Positions 54,457-59,682 of a DNA stretch of 59,682 nt are shown here, in pieces; within the stretch, counting starts at the first letter, position 1; the number at the start of each line of letters is the position of its first letter. Both the position numbers and the translations under genes were made by a program. The stretch is from IMG/VR virus record IMGVR_UViG_3300043466_003081, positions 1 through 59,682 of that record. The stretch is one strand, 5' to 3'. The DNA is from a virus (Duplodnaviria > Caudoviricetes). The notes under the pieces were generated by a model that made no database searches, was not told where the DNA came from, and saw only the letters and a program-made list of their open reading frames with translations.

Positions 54457-56129
54457 GATGAGCAGGTCAATAAATTACGGACTAACTCTTGTGCAGGGTT
54501 AGTTGAGCGCTGATAGTACATAGTTTTCACACCTAGGTGCCAAGCCATGACAAGAAGATCATGGACATCACTTGGAGGGGAATTAGGATGCACAGTAATA
54601 TTAAGAGATTGCGATTGATCAATATATTTTTGCCGATCTGCTGCTTGAATAACAATTTCTAGCTGTGAGATTTCTCCGAAGGTTTTAAAGACTTCTCGTT
54701 CATGCTCACTGAGAAACTCGAGGTGTTGGACTGAACCACCACGGATGAGGATTGAGCGCCAGACCTCATCGTTGTCTTGATCGTATTTTTGGAGTACTTT
54801 GGCGAGATAAGGGTTCTTGTATGTGTACTTACCTTTTGCGAGGTCTTTCGTGAAGTAGTTACTAGCAAGCGGTTCAATACTAGGAGAAACAGCACCAAGG
54901 ATAAAACTTGAGCTAGTAGTAGGAGCAACAGCCATGAGAGTGACATTACGACGACCATAACCTTTCAGTAGCTCAGGCTCACCAAATAGTTTAGCCATTT
55001 CTTTAGAAGCAGCTAGTGATCTGATGTTAATAAAGTTGTGAATAGTTCGGTTTAGGTCACGTGCTTCTTCTGATTCAAAGGCTAGTAGTTTAGACTGAAG
55101 TAAGCTATGATACCCAAGAGTACCAATCCCGAGAGCACGTTGCTTAATAGCGAAGTTACGAGCAGCTTCCATAAACTTGATGTTGGTTGTTTTTTCAATG
55201 TACTCTTCCATGACAGCATCAAGGAAGAAAGCCAAAACTTCAACTGCATCTGTATCTTTCCATTCATCCCAAGTAGCCATGTTCATTGAAGACAAGTCGC
55301 AAACAAAAGATTCATCTTCTGTTGAGGACAGAGCAATCTCTGAGCACAAGTTGCTTGAGTAGATTTTACGCCCTAGAGCCTTATAAACCTCTGGGGCTGC
55401 GTTATTTACGGTGTCAGTCCAGAAGATATAGGGATAGCCAGATTCGAAACGTTTACGAATAATAGCTCCCCAAACCTTACGTTTTTCTTTATCACCGCCA
55501 AGCATAGATTGCATCCAAGCGTCTGTAATACAGACTCCTAGCGAAATGTCCTGAATCGGTGATCCTTCTTCTCGCATGTTGAGCCACTCGTGAATGTCTG
55601 GGTGTTCGACATCAAGGTAACCCGCCCAGGCCCCGCGACGTGTAGTGCCTTGGCTGATGACGCTTGTGGTCGTCTGAAACATTTCCACAAAATGTACTGG
55701 GCCATCAGCTGAACCACCAGACTTGATAGGAGTCCCCCGAGCACGAATATGACCAAGATAACCGCTAGTACCTGCTCCATGTTTTGTTTGCATCCCCACT
55801 TCTGCTACTTTTTCAAGAATACCGCCCATGTCATCAGGAACATAGACGTTATTACAACTGATAGGTAGTCCATCACGACCAAAGTTTGACCACACAGGTG
55901 AGGCTAGACTGTAAAAGCCTCGTGACATGTAGTCGTAAAACTTAGCCTCTAGCTGATCTACAAACTTATGATCAGCTTCAACTAGCATGTTAGAAACAAC
56001 TACACCAAATCGGTTAGCAATGTCTCCTACTCGTTGTTGTACCGTTTCTCCGTTACGAAGATAACTACCTCCTTTAGACATAAAATCGACAGTATCTTTT
56101 GTTACCCAGTACCAAGGTTCTTGCATCAC
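54444..56129 (-). CDS. nrdA: ribonucleotide reductase class Ia alpha subunit
   Basis: SPVWSNFG, PISC, SNLCSE, VCDLSS, APTTSSS, IDQSQSLN, KTMYY, C-terminal CSSC. Confidence 0.95.
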   Translation of the reverse strand: MMQEPWYWVTKDTVDFMSKGGSYLRNGETVQQRVGDIANRFGVVVSNMLVEADHKFVDQLEAKFYDYMSRGFYSLASPVWSNFGRDGLPISCNNVYVPDDMGGILEKVAEVGMQTKHGAGTSGYLGHIRARGTPIKSGGSADGPVHFVEMFQTTTSVISQGTTRRGAWAGYLDVEHPDIHEWLNMREEGSPIQDISLGVCITDAWMQSMLGGDKEKRKVWGAIIRKRFESGYPYIFWTDTVNNAAPEVYKALGRKIYSSNLCSEIALSSTEDESFVCDLSSMNMATWDEWKDTDAVEVLAFFLDAVMEEYIEKTTNIKFMEAARNFAIKQRALGIGTLGYHSLLQSKLLAFESEEARDLNRTIHNFINIRSLAASKEMAKLFGEPELLKGYGRRNVTLMAVAPTTSSSFILGAVSPSIEPLASNYFTKDLAKGKYTYKNPYLAKVLQKYDQDNDEVWRSILIRGGSVQHLEFLSEHEREVFKTFGEISQLEIVIQAADRQKYIDQSQSLNITVHPNSPPSDVHDLLVMAWHLGVKTMYYQRSTNPAQELVRNLLTCSSCEA

Positions 56130-57109
56130 TTAAAAATATCCTCTAGATCGAAACTTTTGTTGTTTTTAGCATACTCGACTGGACGCTTGTGGAAGAAATC
56201 TGTCATGTTAGACCCAAGTGTTTCTTCTTCCATCCAAAGTGTTTGCTTTACTAATTCTTTTTCTTCTGTTGACTCTTCTAGTTTGGGAAACCCAATCTGT
56301 TCCATAGAGTCGTTAATACGGCGTTTAATATACGCTTTCAAAATGTCCTGTGATAAGTGTTTGTTAGTGTACCCTTGTAGGATCCAGTCGATAACTTTAG
56401 CTTCAGCTTCATAAGCTGCTTGACATTCTTCTTTAATTCTTTGTTTGAGTTCATCGTCGAATAAATCAGGATATTCTTCTTTTAGTTTGTTGATAAGATA
56501 AATACCAACTTGAGCATGAAGCATTTCCTCATTTCTTGTATACTGAATTTGTTGTGCTACATCTTTTAACACGTTATCAAAACGGTTAAAGTGCATCATA
56601 GTATAGAACTGACTGAAAAGAGATACGTTTTCTACGAACAGAGTGAAGAGACAGATAGCATAGACATACTGTTTCTTATCATCTTTGTATTTCTTTTCAA
56701 GGTACTTTTGTAGATACTTGACACGGTTAGCTACAACGTCTTTCTTTAGATTTTCTTCGAATACAGCTTCTAAACCTAGAACTGTAAGTAACTTCTCATA
56801 AGCAATGTTGTGAATGACTTCTGAGTTAGCCATAACATAGCCTAAGTCTTTGATAGCAGGATGGGGTAAGTGATCACCTAGCTGTGCCCAAAAGCTTTTA
56901 ACAGCTACTTCAATTTGACCGATAGCAGAAAGAGTGCGTACTACTACTTCTTTTTCTTCTTCTGTCAACTGAGTTTTGAACTGAGCATAATCGGACTTGA
57001 ATGAAAACTCATTACTAGTCCAAAAGCCTGACCACATAGCATCAATGAATTGTTGTGTTTCCGGATAGTTATTAGGTTTCCGTGATACCTGTTTGTCGAA
57101 TAAGCCCAT
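56126..57109 (-). CDS. nrdB: ribonucleotide reductase class Ia beta subunit
   Basis: FW...EF, SEVIHNIAY, FVENVSLFSQF, EEMLH, DFFHKRPVEY. Confidence 0.95.
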   Translation of the reverse strand: MGLFDKQVSRKPNNYPETQQFIDAMWSGFWTSNEFSFKSDYAQFKTQLTEEEKEVVVRTLSAIGQIEVAVKSFWAQLGDHLPHPAIKDLGYVMANSEVIHNIAYEKLLTVLGLEAVFEENLKKDVVANRVKYLQKYLEKKYKDDKKQYVYAICLFTLFVENVSLFSQFYTMMHFNRFDNVLKDVAQQIQYTRNEEMLHAQVGIYLINKLKEEYPDLFDDELKQRIKEECQAAYEAEAKVIDWILQGYTNKHLSQDILKAYIKRRINDSMEQIGFPKLEESTEEKELVKQTLWMEEETLGSNMTDFFHKRPVEYAKNNKSFDLEDIFK

Positions 57110-57141
57110 AGTTCCCTCGTCGTTTCTTGTTATTAGTTGTC

Positions 57142-57163
57142 TCTGCTTTATAGCTAAGAGGTA
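57142..57163 (-). promoter_or_regulatory. putative phage RNAP promoter, copy 3 (upstream of nrdB)
   Basis: Reverse complement TACCTCTTAGCTATAAAGCAGA, 20/22 match, co-oriented with nrdB/nrdA. Confidence 0.65.
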
Positions 57164-57429
57164 GACTCATTTTGGCTCACCAAGATAGTTGCTATTTCTT
57201 GTACAATTGTTGGGTAATCTTCTTTAGACAGTAAAAGAGTACCAGCAGCAAGGTCTTCTTTGTTAATAAGGCTCTTGTGTCTATGCTCAATTAAATCATA
57301 GGTTTTTAAGAGTTCTTTAGCCATCGAATCAAATTTAGAGTCTTCAATTAAACTCTCGTCTAGTATGTAGTATGCATAGGCCGTGATCAAATACCACGGC
57401 ACAAGCATGTTAGGATTAGTTTTTGTCAC
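57154..57429 (-). CDS. small protein resembling NAD-dependent DNA ligase subdomain Ia
   Basis: AYAYYILDESLIEDSKFDSMAKEL resembles YY..D.P.ISD.EYD.L; start uncertain. Confidence 0.55.
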   Translation of the reverse strand: MTKTNPNMLVPWYLITAYAYYILDESLIEDSKFDSMAKELLKTYDLIEHRHKSLINKEDLAAGTLLLSKEDYPTIVQEIATILVSQNESTS

Positions 57430-57952
57430 CTTGAAGTTTTTTATACTTAGCAAGGATTTCTTCGATCGCAATCGGTTTGTAGTCATTCTGTTCCACACAA
57501 GCGTTAAAGTAAGGACCTGGAGGGCTATCGTTATTATGGATATGACCGTGAACGTTAACACCACCAGCTACAACAATACGCTCATGGATGCTAGCTTCAT
57601 GAATAGGAACATGAGTCAGTAGAAGGTTCCATTCAGTAAAGACTCGCCACATAGATATCTTTTTAAACCATCCTCCTTTTGCAAGAAAAGGAATATCGTC
57701 ATGGTTTCCTACGATCAACCGTTTAGAGCCGTGCAGTTTACTTAATAGACTACCTAGCTCCTCGTAACAGTTAGCTCCCATACCAACATCGCCCAGATGG
57801 TAAACCTTATCACCGGGTTTCACTACAGAGTTCCAGTTATCAACTAAACACTCATTCATTAACTCTGCATTAGCAAAAGGACGACCACAGTACTGGATAA
57901 TATTGTCGTGAAAGAAGTGAGTATCAGAAGTAACCCAGATGTTTTTACTCAT
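57416..57952 (-). CDS. calcineurin-like metallophosphoesterase
   Basis: SDTHF.H, HLGD, GNHD, TH.P, HGHIH. Confidence 0.92.
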   Translation of the reverse strand: MSKNIWVTSDTHFFHDNIIQYCGRPFANAELMNECLVDNWNSVVKPGDKVYHLGDVGMGANCYEELGSLLSKLHGSKRLIVGNHDDIPFLAKGGWFKKISMWRVFTEWNLLLTHVPIHEASIHERIVVAGGVNVHGHIHNNDSPPGPYFNACVEQNDYKPIAIEEILAKYKKLQGDKN

Positions 57953-58238
57953 GACTCATTCCATTACCTATAGAGATTTTTCGATACTTTTCAATCTTTA
58001 CAAACTTCATATCAAGTAAGTCTGCGTTAGGGTCATACTCAAAACGAGGCTCTTCACCTTCCACTAGAATAGCACAAGCACAGACATCGTTCCACTCTTT
58101 AATAAGAGCTTCATAGTTTTTCTCAAGAGTGTTAGGATGAACTTCATCCATACCAAACTGAGCGCACTTGATAGCTACTTGAGCTAGCTCTGCTGCTTCT
58201 TCTGCTAGCTTTAGAAGGTAGTATTGCTGCTTATTCAT
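57945..58238 (-). CDS. MazG-like nucleotide pyrophosphohydrolase domain protein
   Basis: KLAEEAAELAQ...KEWNDV acidic EExxE...ExxD pattern. Confidence 0.6.
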   Translation of the reverse strand: MNKQQYYLLKLAEEAAELAQVAIKCAQFGMDEVHPNTLEKNYEALIKEWNDVCACAILVEGEEPRFEYDPNADLLDMKFVKIEKYRKISIGNGMSHE

Positions 58239-58389
58239 TTTTGCATTCCACTTTTGTGTCTAGTGTTGGGGGTAACTGATACTGTTCAACTATTAACTTT
58301 TCACCACAAGTTTCGCAGACATAAACTTTTCTAAGTGTGTTGATAAGTATGTCATGGAACTTCCATTTGCAAGCTTTCACTTTGATCAT
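58231..58389 (-). CDS. small hypothetical protein, 52 aa
   Basis: Translated by hand: MIKVKACKWKFHDILINTLRKVYVCETCGEK...; ATGA coupling. Confidence 0.45.
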   Translation of the reverse strand: MIKVKACKWKFHDILINTLRKVYVCETCGEKLIVEQYQLPPTLDTKVECKNE

Positions 58390-58835
58390 CGTAAAGCTTT
58401 CTTGTAAGTAAACTCGATAGCCTCATAACCAAGCTTGGTATAAAGCAGATCTAAGTTACTCATCTTACTAGTGAAAGACATAACTACAAAATCTGCTTTA
58501 GCTTTTTCTTTAGCCCAAATTTCAAAGTCTTTAAGCATAGCTAGGCTCTTACGCCCTCGGTACTCAGGCTTTACATACCAACCTAGCTCTGAAGCAAGTA
58601 CTTCATCAAAGTAAGGTCCTTCGCTAGCAACACCTACTAACAACCCTACTACTTTAACTTCATCTTTCAAAACAATGCAGTAAAAGTTCTTATCGTAAAC
58701 CAAAGAAGCTTCTAAAATATTTCTTAGCTTAGCTCGATTAAACTTTTTAGAAGTTCCATAAAGGGTGTTAAACTCAGTAGCTAAGTCTAAAGTAGCTTCA
58801 ATGTCGAATACTTGTAATTTTTCTAGTTGAATCAT
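58386..58835 (-). CDS. GNAT-family acetyltransferase
   Basis: VVGLLVG, ELGWYVKPEYRG, LYTKLGY. Confidence 0.85.
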   Translation of the reverse strand: MIQLEKLQVFDIEATLDLATEFNTLYGTSKKFNRAKLRNILEASLVYDKNFYCIVLKDEVKVVGLLVGVASEGPYFDEVLASELGWYVKPEYRGRKSLAMLKDFEIWAKEKAKADFVVMSFTSKMSNLDLLYTKLGYEAIEFTYKKALR

Positions 58836-59682
58836 TATGCTACCTCTGTTGTTATTAGCTCAAAGCTGTCCTCATCTTTTTTCTCAACTTCTTCAAGGCG
58901 ACCCGTAGCTGAGTTGAATCGATACGCACCTGCAGGACCTGTATTTCCGGTTTTCCGGTCTTTGAGAAGGTAGATTTGACTACGATTTCGAACCAACTCA
59001 TTTTCTGCAAGCTTGTTCCTTGAAATCGCAATAGTCTGGAAGGAGATTTGCTTAAGTGATCCAGAGCCTTTAAGGTCATCTTCGCTAATTGGAGCACCCG
59101 ACTCAAATGAGTCTTCCCCCGACTTAACCTTTCTAAGATGTGATACAACTCCGACCCAAATGTTGTGGCGTTTAACGATCTTAAGTAAATCGGACATGAA
59201 TCGATCGATTGCAGCGTTAACATTACCATCTTCTGTCTCCGATACTGCGATAGTGATATGGTCTAGATAAATATAACGGCAACCGTTTAAAGCCATGTAC
59301 TCAATCTTGTCTATCAACCCGTTATCGCTAACAGAGCCTTGGTGATCAAGAAGGATAACACGATTAGGTAACCCTACAGTAGCCTCCCAAGCCTTACGCT
59401 CGTCTTCTTCTGTAATCTCTACTCCTGGAAGACCTAAACGTTTGTTCAGGTACAAGCCCATAATACCGCCAACAGTTTCACCCACATCTTCTTCAAGGAA
59501 AATACAACCGATTTTTTCTTCTGTTGTTTTGAGAAGATGAAAGATATCTTCACGAAGCATAGTAGACTTACCAATAGAGGTACCAGCAGCAATCATAGTA
59601 ATAGTGCTTAACGCACGACCATGAGTCAACTCATTTAGTCGATTAAGGAAAGGGGGCCAAGGAACAAACTCAAGGTTTTTAA
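58835..59682 (-). CDS. T7 gp4-like (SF4) primase/helicase, C-terminal part (5' truncated)
   Basis: AGTSIGKST Walker A, LEE, YLDHITI, VSHLRK, DLKGSGSLKQIS, LKDRKTG.TG; frame open to the window end. Confidence 0.92.
   Translation of the reverse strand, partial: KNLEFVPWPPFLNRLNELTHGRALSTITMIAAGTSIGKSTMLREDIFHLLKTTEEKIGCIFLEEDVGETVGGIMGLYLNKRLGLPGVEITEEDERKAWEATVGLPNRVILLDHQGSVSDNGLIDKIEYMALNGCRYIYLDHITIAVSETEDGNVNAAIDRFMSDLLKIVKRHNIWVGVVSHLRKVKSGEDSFESGAPISEDDLKGSGSLKQISFQTIAISRNKLAENELVRNRSQIYLLKDRKTGNTGPAGAYRFNSATGRLEEVEKKDEDSFELITTEVA

Noticed and set aside
54444-57109. Possible intron or intein in nrdA/nrdB
   Set aside because: Both ORFs are continuous and compact; the HNH gene lies outside nrdA apart from a 13-nt overlap

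Overview
This is a ~60 kb, AT-rich fragment of a lytic tailed-phage (siphovirus-type) genome. The host is Gram-negative (Rz/Rz1 spanins present) and possibly alphaproteobacterial (inference only). There are three blocks. (1) 1-7923, minus strand: small early/accessory genes, including an SleB-like hydrolase, two Zn-deaminases, a tandem paralog family, several tiny membrane peptides, and a repeated pseudoknot RNA element. (2) 8014-46851, plus strand: morphogenesis and lysis, with PhoH, portal, fibre genes, scaffold, major capsid, neck and tail genes, a -1 frameshift tail chaperone, a 3206-aa tape measure protein, tail tip, endolysin, holin and spanins. (3) 46917-59682, minus strand: a phiEco32-like amidoligase/ATP-grasp/glutamine amidotransferase cluster, glutaredoxin, HNH-AP2 endonuclease, class Ia ribonucleotide reductase, metallophosphoesterase, GNAT and a partial T7 gp4-like helicase. 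The most striking system is a 1507-aa protein that fuses a MuF/SPP1-gp7 head-morphogenesis domain to a T7-like single-subunit RNA polymerase with all catalytic motifs present, making it a candidate virion-packaged RNAP. It co-occurs with a 22-bp promoter-like motif (CACCTCTTAGCTATAAAGAAGA) found three times. No terminase, tRNA, integrase or CRISPR array was recognised. All assignments come from reading motifs by eye; no database searches were run.
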